From: Octopus sinensis
Taxonomy: Eukaryota
DNA: 64,000 bases
Direction: 5' to 3'
NCBI RefSeq assembly: GCF_006345805.1
Contig: NC_043010.1
Coordinates: forward strand, 22,010,001 to 22,074,000
The position numbers and the translations under genes are program-made. Under the pieces are notes generated by a model. The model saw nothing but the letters and a program-made list of their open reading frames with translations. It made no database searches and was not told the DNA's origin. The first letter of the stretch is position 1, and the number at the start of each line of letters is the position of its first letter. Positions 52,420-64,000 of the stretch are shown here, one piece after another.

Positions 52420-54010
52420 ATTTCTATTTAAGATTTTAAAATTTAAAAATTTTAAATATTCTAATAAGTCTTATTGTATAATTTTGTATTCTATATAATT
52501 ACTGATTGTTATGTAATGATTTAGTTATCGAAGTTATATGTAATTATTAGATTTTAACTCTGTGTTTATTTGTAAGACTTTATTTAGCCAAAGAGATAGT
52601 AATACGTTGTTTTTAAAGTTAGGTTTCATGTCTATACCTTTATTGATAGCATAAATTTTAGTCTTTAATCACTATATTTGTTGATAGTTATTTAGTTATT
52701 ATTCTTAAATAGTTTATAATTATTAGATGTGTACTTAAATTTAATATATGAATAACGATTTTTTAGTTAAATAATTTGGTAATTAAATTTTTGGACTATA
52801 ACTGAGTTAAAGATATTTGTGAGTTTATTATTTTTTAAAGCTATTTTATTATTCATAAATATCTCTAATAGTTGACTTTGTTCAATTATAGCTTATATAT
52901 AGCTATTTTCAATTGATAATTTGTAGTAGTATTTTTCATTGATAAATATATACGTAGTATTTATTGGATACTATATAACTACGGATTGATAATTTCATTA
53001 TATTAGTATATAGTTGTTGAAGATATGTATTTCATTATTTCATTATTAGTTCTTAACTATACGGTATTTGTAAGTTATTAATTAGCCAACGAGATATATG
53101 GATCGTTAAATAGTTATAGGGTTCTTTTAAGATAGTTTATTTGTTTATAATTTGCTTTTTCATATTTAATCTTTTAATTTTTAATATATTTCATAAGTAA
53201 TAATGAATAATTAATTTATTTAGTTTTTTATTATACGTATATATATTTATTGATATAGATAATTTTAGATCTTAATTCTTATATTTATATATATTTATAT
53301 ATATTTATTGATAATTTAGTTATTATTCAAATATTATATAATTATTTGATTTGAACTTAAATTTAATAATATGAATAGTAATTATATTTTTGATTATTTT
53401 TTTGTTAAATAATTAGGTAATTAGATATTGACTATAACTGAGATTAGGTTATTCGTGAGTTTATTATGTTTTTTTAAAGCCATATTATAACTAAATAGAT
53501 AAATACATTTTCTATCTATTCTTTAATTAATTTTAACATTATAATTGGATTGTATGACATAATTACAATCGTTGAAATTTCTAGTTTGATAATAGAGTTT
53601 TTTATGAGAAAAAATATTATTTTATTTATTTCTTAAAAAATATTGGTTAAATATATTTGCTTATTTATTTAACTATTATCTTTAACCTGAAGATTGACTA
53701 TAACCATAATTCGAATTATTAATTGAATTTAAATTATTGTAATTCGAATTAGGTTATGGGCATGAAACGTACGTAGTGGTTTTACTTTTTATCTTACATT
53801 AAACTTTTTAATACTTTTTGATAGTTATATATATTTAAAAAAATAAAAAATAAATAAAAATTTATAAATATGAATTAATAATTTTAATTTTAAATTTAAA
53901 TAATTTTAATTTTATATTTTATATATTTTGTATATTATATTAATTATTTTTATTTTTATGTTTTGGATTATGTTTTTCACTTTGATTTGCCTAATAATGG
54001 TTTTATCGCT
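52420..54010. other. very AT-rich, C-poor island with diverged internal duplications
   Basis: Roughly 85% AT by eye. 52681-52845 resembles 53308-53482, and 52541-52625 resembles 53040-53122. Not a simple microsatellite. Confidence 0.7.
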
Positions 54011-54028
54011 AATTTAATTCATATATGT

Positions 54029-54087
<59 letters not shown>

Positions 54088-54090
<3 letters not shown>

Positions 54091-54342
54091 TTTGTTCCCA
54101 ACTTTGGCCCTCCATAAATCCCAAATTTTATTTTGGAAATTATGGGACTAACTGTCTTCGAAAACTCATTTTGTCGTTGAATGCTCGAAATGGGGAGTAG
54201 ATAGACAGCTGACAACTGATTAAGGGTTGTTCTTTGTGTTACTTGTCCTGTTTTCTATTTTTTCTCTCAATGTTTGCGTATTTCACTCGTTCGTTTTCGT
54301 ACTTCATATTGTTTACAGTTCGTGACATCCTGTACCCTTATA

Positions 54343-54414
<72 letters not shown>

Positions 54415-55035
54415 TACTACTTAATTGAACGCACACGCATCAGTTTCCAAGTATGTTTATCTTTACCTTTTTGATGCGACTCTACTGTATACTGTTTTCT
54501 CCCCCACCATTTACTGTTTCTCTTTTTATCCCCTACACTGTTTTCTATCTCTACTCTCCGTTGTTTCTGTTTTTGTCACTCTCGTTTCTCACAGTTGACG
54601 ATCATCCATCTTTCCTTTCCTCACGTGACCATCTTTCTTTTCCTGCCCGACGTTCTATGGACTGAAATCTTCCATCTTTTCTCATTTTAAAGAAAATATT
54701 TCTCCCAATGTTCACTATTTCCCCCTCGTTCTAGTCCAAAGATCCTCCATTTTTATTTTCGTTCGGTTTCCTTGTATGTCTCCAATGTCCTGTTTTTGTT
54801 CCCAATGTTGACCCTCCATAAATCCATTATGAGAGCAACTGTCTTCGAAAACTAATATTGTCGTTGAGCACTTGCAATGAGGAGTAGCTAGACAGCCGAC
54901 AATTGATGAAGGATCGTTCTTTATGTTACTTGTCCTGATTTCCAGTTTTTTCTCTCAATGTTTGCGTATTTCACTCGTTTGTTTCGTACTTCATGTTGTT
55001 TACAGTTGGTGATATCTTTTACCCATATCTGCATA
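54088..55035. repeat. diverged direct repeat pair of about 250 bp (54088-54340 and 54793-55035)
   Basis: Shared collinear blocks TTTTTGTTCCCAA, CCCTCCATAAATCC, AACTGTCTTCGAAAACT, GTTACTTGTCCTG, CTCTCAATGTTTGCGTATTTCACTCGTT and TTGTTTACAGTT. Confidence 0.9.
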
Positions 55036-55297
55036 TGGGTACAGGAATGAATTTAATACTGAATGAAATTAATAATAGCATCTAAATATGAAACATCATG
55101 AAAATTGTTCAAACTTTGTCCTTCTTGAGAAACATTTTTCCATTCGAATTAATACAGAATTACATATAGTATTTATGCCATTTTGATTTACTGTCGGGTG
55201 ACCTTTGGCCAACCCACTATACAGAGTTAATAATAATGAAAGAAAGAAGATAGAGAATTATGGATGTATAAATATTTTATTTGTATGATATACATAC

Positions 55298-55330
<33 letters not shown>

Positions 55331-55407
55331 CATATATATATACATATACATATATATATGTATTTATATATATTATGTAAATAAGTAACAAATATTTTAT
55401 TTGTATG

Positions 55408-55452
<45 letters not shown>

Positions 55453-55500
55453 ATATATATATACATATATATGTATGTATGTATGTATTTATATATATTA

Positions 55501-55689
55501 TGTAAATAAGTATCAATACATTACAGCCCCCCTCGAGTGGTTCCCCATTTAATCGATCGATGAAAACATTATATCAATTTGAGAGAATGTAATTTGAAAG
55601 ATGTAATGTTTTCATTGATCGATTAAATGGAGCCACACGAAACGGTCTTAATGTATTGATACCTGGACAACCTCGTTACTTATTTACAC
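55501..55689. mobile_element. fold-back MITE-like element
   Basis: GTATCAATACATTA/TAATGTATTGATAC, CCATTTAATCGATCGATGAAAACATTA/TAATGTTTTCATTGATCGATTAAATGG, and outer TGTAAATAAGTA/TACTTATTTACA. Central loop of about 24 nt. Confidence 0.7.
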
Positions 55690-56429
55690 TCTGTTCACCT
55701 AACTTGGAACTGTGAGGGCTATACCGAGTTGGCAAGGTGCCTCAATTTATGTACTGAATTCAAGTGTATCTTAATTGTATATATATATATGCATGAGTGT
55801 GTGTGCGTATGTTTGTGTGTGTGTCTGTGTGAGCGTGTGTATACGCACACATAACTGATTTAGTCACTTGTTAATTATCTTACAACCTCAGCATATTGGT
55901 GCTATCAGACATTTGTATTTAAAAGCTAATTAAAGCCATCTGTGACAGCAACCTTTCTGAACATCTCGTCAACTAATGTGAGTGTTTTGTGTTCACAACG
56001 AGAACATCACAATGCCAGAGATATAAGTGGCAATGAATTACCATAAAAACAAGCGTATATGAAGCATCATATTAATAGAAACTATAATCGTTTGAAATAG
56101 TTTAACCCTTCAATATAGAAAACATTTTCGTTAGCTTGTTCTTAACGCCCAAGCCTATTTCCTAACCTTTAGTTAGTCCGTGTTTCATACGTTCCGCGTT
56201 TTGTCAAGCTTTCCTTTCGTAAGTCCCAAGTTAGTCTGTTAATAGAAAGCTATTGAGAGTGTGTATCATGTATGAAGCATGGACACTAAGTAAATATGTC
56301 CTGTGTATCACGTGTACGGCACAAGGTAGGTAAAATGTGAATGAGGGGAGGAAGTGCATCCGCTTCTTTCAAGTGAATGGTCACCTGTTGATACATTCTG
56401 ATATCACACACCCATGTTTAGTTTATAGA

Positions 56430-56798
56430 TAATGGGTCATCCCAAAATAATGCGGTTTTTTTCAAATACATGAAATAAAAGTCGGAGAGAGAGGGGATAA
56501 ACTACCTGCGTCAGGTATAAGGGAAGTGACAAAGGTGCATATTCGGCATATTTTGCTTTATGAGTTCAATAAAAGCAACAACGCAACGGAAAGTGTGGGG
56601 AATATTAATGTAGTATATAGGGATCGGAAAATAAGCGTCAGCCAGTGAAAACGGTGGCTTCAGACATTCTGAGCCGAAAAATACAACCTAGAAAACCAGC
56701 TTCGTCTTGGAAGGTCTGTAGAGCTGGACGACTAGGTCCTACGAATCCTAGTGGAACAAAATCCCATTGTAACTGTTTAGGAACTAGCAGAGAAGCTT
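56430..56798 (+). mobile_element. mariner 5' end (TIR-like start + decayed transposase N-terminus)
   Basis: TAATGGGTCATCCCAAAATAATGCGG; translation KVHIRHILLYEFNKSNNATES..NINVVY..SVSQ*KRW..GRSVELDD..LVEQNP..TV*ELAEKL. Confidence 0.85.
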
Positions 56799-57106
56799 CT
56801 TGCTTGAATTTCATGACAAACTGGTTTTTACCACAAATATGCTCTGTAAACTGACATTTCTAGAATTAAATGCGTGTCTCTACGTAACCTGCGATCAGTG
56901 ATTCTCCAGCCATGATCCCTTAACTTCCTAGCTGCAGATAAAAGTCAGTAATAAGAGAAACGCCAGAATTACGTTTCTAGTAAACTATTCAATGAGAAGA
57001 GACATACTTTCAGCAAAATGTACAGATATACTGGGTATTTAGATAAATTCAGAACTCAAACGGTACACATGAAGTAGCTTCTCAGTTATACGTGTGTGTG
57101 TGTTTA

Positions 57107-57185
<79 letters not shown>

Positions 57186-57194
57186 ATCTATCTA

Positions 57195-57253
<59 letters not shown>

Positions 57254-57482
57254 CGCTCTCTCGCTCTCTCTCTATATATATATATACAGAAAGAGAGAGA
57301 GAGAGTGAGAGAAAGAGAGAGAGAGAGAGAAGAGGTTAGAGACAGGTATTGTCTGCATAGAATACATTTCTTAGTGCCCAAGAGATTTGAACTTGATCAG
57401 GTAGGGGAGTAAATGTAACGACAACCAAGTTAGTCATGTCGTATATAAAAATTTGTTAAATACATTTAATGCAATGTATATA

Positions 57483-57559
<77 letters not shown>

Positions 57560-58089
57560 ATATATATGCAAGAGGTCCGACGTACACAGAATGGAAACGT
57601 TATCAGGAATTAAAGGAATTGAGTAGGAGATTTACGAGTCCAACATCTGTTCCTGGGGGCTTGGTGGTCCGAAATAATGTTTGTCACTATATTTCATCAA
57701 CGGATATCACCAGCCTACGTCTTCAGGGAAGAATTTTCCATTTGAGGTGTTGACAGAATAGAGATTAAAGTTGAAATTATTTATATCCGTGTGTGTGTGT
57801 GTGTGTGTTTGTCTCTGTGTGTGGTGTGTGTGTGTTAAAGGTGGTCAACAGATTTTAAATATTTATAAAATTACACTTTATTTGAAGTTACAACGCAAGC
57901 TTATAGTGTAAAAAATAAATTGAAACAGCTGATCTCTGATAGACGATGTAAAGGAAATATACATAACTTTAGATCGTAGGAAGTCGTCCACTATGAGAGC
58001 TTCTAGGCAAACATCATCATTCACTGTTTAAAAGGATAACGAAGTGATGTAAGGGATATTTGGCTTCTAATACTAGGAAGGCAATATAA

Positions 58090-58480
58090 AGCGAGCTGAA
58101 GAATCGTTAGTACAACGGACAGAATGTTAAACAGCATTTCACCAAAAAATGCTGAGGTCGACATTACCTCTCATCATTTTGTGGTCGATAAAATAAGTAC
58201 CAGTTGATTACTGGGGGTTGATGTAATTGTTTTACCCCTCCCTCATAATTACTGGCCTTTAAAACCAGTATTACTAAGGTGGCGAGCTGCAAGAATCGTT
58301 AGCGCGCCGGACAGAATGCTTAACGGCATTTCGTCCTTCTTTAATTTCGGAATGAGTTTAAATTCCACCGGGTTCCACGTTGCTTTTCATCATATCCGGG
58401 TCGATAAAACAAGTACCAGTTGTAACCGACTTAATCCCTCCTTAGAAGTTGCTGGCTTTGCACCAAAATTTGAAACTACT
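58090..58480 (+). mobile_element. two head-to-tail family A SINEs
   Basis: Heads GCGAGCTGAAGAATCGTTAG (58091) and TAAGGTGGCGAGCTGCAAGAATCGTTAGC (58275), each with GGTCGATAAAA.AAGTACCAGTT. Confidence 0.85.
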
Positions 58481-59265
58481 TTTTCTAGGAAGACAAGTTA
58501 CTATATGGAGGCTGGCTCCATCGTTTGTCTCGACATCAATTTATTAGTATTTTGTAGTGTGAAATTTAATGAGTTGATTGCTGTAGCCTGTGTGTGTATA
58601 TGTGTGTTTATTTTGTTATTTGCTTGTATTTGTTTCTACACTGGAATATTTAACACACAATTGTCATCTTGAACAATTTTCCATCTCGTCAATTTGTGTT
58701 CAGTTGAAATAACTTCGCTTATTGATTTTTAAAGCTAATGTGGCCTACATTTATAACTAAACATAACCTTAACACTAACGCCGACAGCGACACAACATAC
58801 ATTCAACATGTCGTGTATGCACACAGAAACACTCACACACACACACATACAGACACACGCACACGCATGTAGAAATGCACACATGTGTATAGGTGTGCAC
58901 ACGCATTCATTTGCAATGTCACACAAACATGCACATGCACACAGACTTCGATTCGTGCACAACAGCGACCCACTCTCGTAACAAATTTGTTAATGGTTGA
59001 TACACACACGCAGTGTCACACATAATCATGAAGTTAGACTACACACACACTCACTCACACACACACACACACACACACACACAAATATATCTATATCTAG
59101 ACACCTACACAAACACGAGAGTACTTCAGAGTGAGTGAACGCAAAGAGGAAGAGGGAGAATAGACAGAGAATGTGAGGAGGAAAGAGGAAGAGGAAGTAG
59201 AGAGAAAGTGAAGGGGAGAAAGAGGGAAGAGATAGCTAAATATACAGATAACGAGAGATAGATAG

Positions 59266-59351
<86 letters not shown>

Positions 59352-59664
59352 GTAGATAGATAGATATATAAGATAGATAGATATATAAGATAGATAGATA
59401 TATATATATATATAGAGAGAGAGAGAGGGGGCAGGGACAGTATTTCATTAAAATTTTTCTTGGATTTCCAACTTGCCTTTCTTGCAACAATGTATCATTC
59501 TCTCTCTCTTTATTCCACCTTTTCACTAGCTCACTCACTCTCTCTCTCTCTCGCTCTCTTTCTCTCTTTCACTCACTGTCTTTCACTTTCTCTCTCACAC
59601 ACGTATTGACACAACTCTTACTGCATGGCCCTCTCTCACTCATCGAACCATCCTCTCTTTCTCC

Positions 59665-59820
59665 TCTCCTCTCTCTCTCCTCTTCCTCCTCTCTCTCCTC
59701 TTCCTCCTCTCTCTCCTCTTCCTCCTCTCTCTCCTCTTCCTCCTCTCTCTCCTCTTCCTCCTCTCTCTCCTCTTGCTCCTCTCTCTTATCTCACTCCTCT
59801 ACCTCCTCTTCCTCCTCTCT
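59665..59820. repeat. 18-bp polypyrimidine minisatellite (CTCTCTCTCCTCTTCCTC)n
   Basis: Directly visible; several exact units followed by degenerate ones. Confidence 0.9.
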
Positions 59821-60359
59821 CTCATGCTTCTCTCTCTCTCAATCCTTACACACACACACACACACACACAACTTAATATCCCTCATTCTCATTATCATCT
59901 CTTCTATTTTATTTCCCCTTCTCACTCTTTTTCTCTCTCGTTCATTCACCCTCTTTCTCACACTATCTCTCATAGACACACTTTTCTCTCTTTCAATTTC
60001 CTCCTATTCCTCCCACTCTCTCAATATATTCCTCTCCCCTCAACCCTTCTCTCACTCCTTACCAAACACACACGCATTTACTTCGGTTTCAGCTTTTATG
60101 GAACAATTTATCTTCGCATAGTCGCAGTTTTCTATCCGGTTTGTTTTTGTTTGTTTCTCTTTTGATTTCTTTCTCTGAATGTCATATTCTAATCACCAGG
60201 TCACACTGGTTTGCCATCGCACTTCGTTGCACCTTCTTCAAGTAAGAGAAATTGCGAAGATGGGGAAACGAGCGGAAGCGAGTGATTGGTACACACTCTG
60301 CCATTGCAGACGATACGTGTAATTCCAACGACACCACATCGATATACATATACACACCC

Positions 60360-60455
<96 letters not shown>

Positions 60456-60464
60456 GTATGTATA

Positions 60465-60623
60465 GGCGCAAGAGTGGCTGTATGGTAAGTAGCTTGCTTG
60501 CCAACCACATGTCATGGGTTCAGTCCCACCGCGTGGCACCTTGTGCAAGTGTCTTCTGCTGTAGCCTTGGACCGATCAAAGCCTTCTGAGTGGATTTGTA
60601 GACGGAAACTGAAAGAATCCCCT

Positions 60624-60625
<2 letters not shown>
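60465..60625 (+). mobile_element. family B SINE, 5' half
   Basis: GGCGCAAGAGTGGCTGTATGGTAAGTAGCTTGC..GGGTTCAGTCCCACCGCGTGGCACCTTG..GGAAACTGAAAGAA. Confidence 0.85.
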
Positions 60626-60657
<32 letters not shown>

Positions 60658-60993
60658 TATATATATATATTGACATTTCAAATATAAGTGTAACACCGAA
60701 GTAACAATAGCATTGTCTCTAATTCTATTTTTATAAGACCGACTCATGTTTCAGTTCCATCGATTAGATTTATATGTTAACTGTTGAATACCGTATTTTA
60801 AATGCCTAAGAGCATTTTTATATTTACACATGCTGATATATGACCTACGTTGGACTCCTTATTCGCATAATAACCGAACCTGGAGCTTAGCTATGGTCTG
60901 TCCATAGCACTTACTTAGCATTACCTGACAACTATGGGTTTTATTGACACCATTACCTCTCATATACTCTATATACATACTATACATACATAC

Positions 60994-61058
<65 letters not shown>

Positions 61059-61125
61059 CATACATATACACATACATATACATATATAAGTATATATATA
61101 TGTTCATATATATATATATATATAT

Positions 61126-61290
61126 ACGATGGGCTTCTTTCAGTTTCGTCTACCAAATCCTCGCACGAGTCCTTGTTTCTGCCCAAGGCTATAGCAGAAG
61201 ACGCTTGCCCAAGGTGCCTCGCAGTGGGACTAAACCCGGATCTATGTCACTGGGAAGCAAGCTTCTAACCCTACAGCCACACTTGCGCCT
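61126..61290 (-). mobile_element. family B SINE, 5' half
   Basis: ACGATGGGCTTCTTTCAGTTTCGTCTACCAAATCC..TTGCCCAAGGTGCCTCGCAGTGGGACTAAACCC..ACAGCCACACTTGCGCCT. Confidence 0.85.
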
Positions 61291-61389
61291 ATACTGTTGA
61301 ATAACATAGTTTGAAAACCTAAGAGCAAACTAGGAATCGATTTGGGGGAATACCTTACTTTTTACTAATATACATACATATATATATAT

Positions 61390-61425
<36 letters not shown>

Positions 61426-61985
61426 TGTGTGTGACCGACCAGGCTATCAGATGTTGCTACACATCGCTGGTCACAATGCGCTTCGCATTGTTGTTGCCTT
61501 CAAATGTCGCCACCCCACTGGCTAAGCGGGCAGGCCAATATATATATGTATATATGTATATATATATAATGTTCAAGTGCGTGAACAAACCAAAGTAGCA
61601 AAGAGCAGACGTGTGCACGAGTGAATGTATTTATGTTTCTATTAAGGTGATTTTTATGTTGTAGTAAGGCAATTCTACATCCAACCGATGAAATACTCAA
61701 TACGTTTCGTTACGTTACAAATTTATTATCCTTTAACAGGAATATCGTTGACAGTGACCTAAAGGAATATATATTGGGTGCCTATACTTATACATGTTTA
61801 TCGATAAGGTTGCGTGACACGTTCTGATAGAATGCTATGTGATATCGTTCCAGTCTTCAACACCCTCAGTTCAAATGGCGTCAATTGCTACTTAAATTTC
61901 ATCATCACAAGGTCAATAAATGAAGTAGGAATCACTTTCCATCTCTTCTTCGTTCTTACTCTTTCTGTCTGTCTGTCTGTCTCTT

Positions 61986-62021
<36 letters not shown>

Positions 62022-62199
62022 GCTATCTCTGCTTATCCCCCCCCTCCATGTTGCTCTTTGGAAGAAATTGGCTGTGGTTAATTCTAGACAGTTATGGGTC
62101 CCTCCGGGCCCGAAACGAGACAACATTTTGAGGGACCAAGGAAAGACAAAACACAAACGCCCACGCAGAAACTTAGTAATACATGCTGAAATCTACAAG

Positions 62200-62360
62200 T
62201 TGTTTTCATTCTCTCTGTTTATTTTCTCATAATCCTTTCTGTTGAAGAGCCTAGGTTCGAAACATAAAATACTTTTTCATGTTTCCCGAGCGACAAACTA
62301 CACACCTGCTTGTTGTTCATACACCTGTCTTCATCTTTTGTTCTTCTATAAGTTTCAACT
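62200..62360 (+). mobile_element. short repeat carrying a decayed hammerhead-like motif (same family as 34930-35100)
   Basis: CCTTT-CTGTTGA-A-GAGC-CTAG-GTTC-GAAAC-ATA-AAAT, then CCCGAGCGACAAACTA..TGTCTTCATCTTTTGTT. Confidence 0.55.
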
Positions 62361-62851
62361 ATATGTACATATGTGTGTGTAGTTGTCTGTTTGTGAGTGT
62401 CTTGAATGGGTCACTGTATATGGATAAAGGTTTGAGTAAGGTTACAAGGAACGGTAAAATTCTTATTCTAATGTCATAAATCTCTGAGGAATGCGGAACT
62501 TCCTGCACATTAATATAATGAGCATTTGATCGAACAAATTCTATTAAACTAATATAATTGATCGAACATTCTTCTGTCAAAATCACTACAAAATTCCATC
62601 CTTGCACTCATCATCGCCATTTTATATATCCTTATTACAGTTTACCTAATTATTATAGTCGCCGCCGTTGTCACCATTGGTATCTTCATAACTATCAACA
62701 CGAATTCCTATTAAATTGAATCAGCATGCTTGAGTACAAAATCAGACGTGTATAGCTTTAAAGTTTAAGGACATCTCGTCTTCCATCTGTCCATTAGATT
62801 TCTAGATATCTTCAATATGAAGTTTCATCTAACTTATTACGTATTAAACAC

Positions 62852-63594
62852 TTTCTAGCCGGTCGAAAAACCATATAGAAGTTCCTTGGCCAGTTTATAC
62901 TTAATACGTCACACAAAGATCTTCTAACCTGTCCGATAGAATTTTTCAAACGTTGGATAGAACTGTCCCAGTTCTCTTTATTCTGAGTTCAAATCTCACC
63001 GAGGTAAAATCTCCCTTCCATTTTCCCTAAAGGTCGATAAAGACAATATATTTCAAGCAGATAAGCAAAATCAAAATAGTTTCTGGAGTGGGAAAAATCA
63101 TCAAAGCAAAAGAAGATTGGTCTACTGTGTTACTACCGGTATTTTGTGTTCATAGTTCAATCCCAGCCGAGGTCAGCTTCACTTTACCTTTTTTCTGTCA
63201 CGCTCCGGAGTCAGTTAAATTTATCAGCCTATTCCTTCGTCCTAGCAAAGCATTGTGTTACTGAACATATGTGAGGACTCGCTGTCAGTATGTGACTACA
63301 CATATGAGCTCTACATATAGAGTAATGACGAGCATACTCTTTCAAGTGAATTGTAGAACAACTCGCGATATACACAATATTTTATAATTATCGAAAGAGC
63401 TAAAAAGTAAGTCTGTATATTGTAATTTGAATAGCAGTGAATTATCCCTCAAATCATATCTTATCAGCTTAAAAATGCACATTACAACTGAAAACCAAAA
63501 GGACAGTATAATCAAGGTTAGATGATCTTTGTGTCATGTATTAAGTGTAAACTGGCCAAGGGACTTCTATATGGTTTTTTCGACCTGCTAGAAA
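62852..63594. repeat. inverted pair of about 80-bp repeats (62852-62930 and 63515-63594)
   Basis: AGGTTAGA.GATCTTTGTGT.A.GTATTAAGT.TAAACTGGCCAAGG.ACTTCTATATGGTTTTTCGACC.GCTAGAAA on opposite strands; 6 mismatches + 1 indel by eye. Confidence 0.85.
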
Positions 63595-64000
63595 TAGTAA
63601 CTAAATCTTTTGTAGTTTAAATAAAGGAAAAGCAACAAGTGTAATGCAGTCCTAGATACACGGCGTCAAAAACAATTTAACTGGTCTCTGCTGAAACAAA
63701 TTTTTCCTAGTTCTTCAATACCAGGGTTAACCTAAACATACAACGAACGACTTGTAATATATATACAGCGATTTTTTATTTCAACCGTGATGGAGTTTTG
63801 TTTGAACCAATCATAACAGAGAGATTTTACATCCTTCAGTTACTAGCAATAAATAGACTTTGCAACACGTTATACGCAAATCGCCGACAGCCTGGAGATT
63901 ATATATTTTAATGGGCATTCATATGTGTGTTGGTTGCATATTGCGTTCTGACTCCTCTTTTTCTAGCACATTAAATCACATTACGTATCAGTTCCTCTGT

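Overview
Repeat-saturated eukaryotic non-coding DNA, most likely from an octopus or other coleoid cephalopod. This is inferred from the extreme (TA)n/(CA)n/(TATC)n/(TTA)n density and the tRNA-derived SINE families, not from a database match. I recognise no intact host protein-coding gene, rRNA, true tRNA gene or CRISPR array, and nearly all ORFs in the track are translated microsatellites. Recognisable content: (1) three R4/Dong-clade non-LTR retrotransposon remnants with restriction-like endonuclease, all on the minus strand and all ending in (TAA)n, plus a 542-bp non-coding element stacked in the same (TAA)n tract; (2) dozens of tRNA-derived SINE copies from at least four families, including a multimeric form; (3) decayed Tc1/mariner transposases, a non-autonomous Helitron with intact termini, and several fold-back MITE-like elements; (4) a short repeat family carrying minimal hammerhead-ribozyme-like motifs; (5) a near-identical 1.22-kb triplication and a perfect, spacer-less 418-bp palindrome. 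All alignments and folds were done by eye, and SINE boundaries are approximate.
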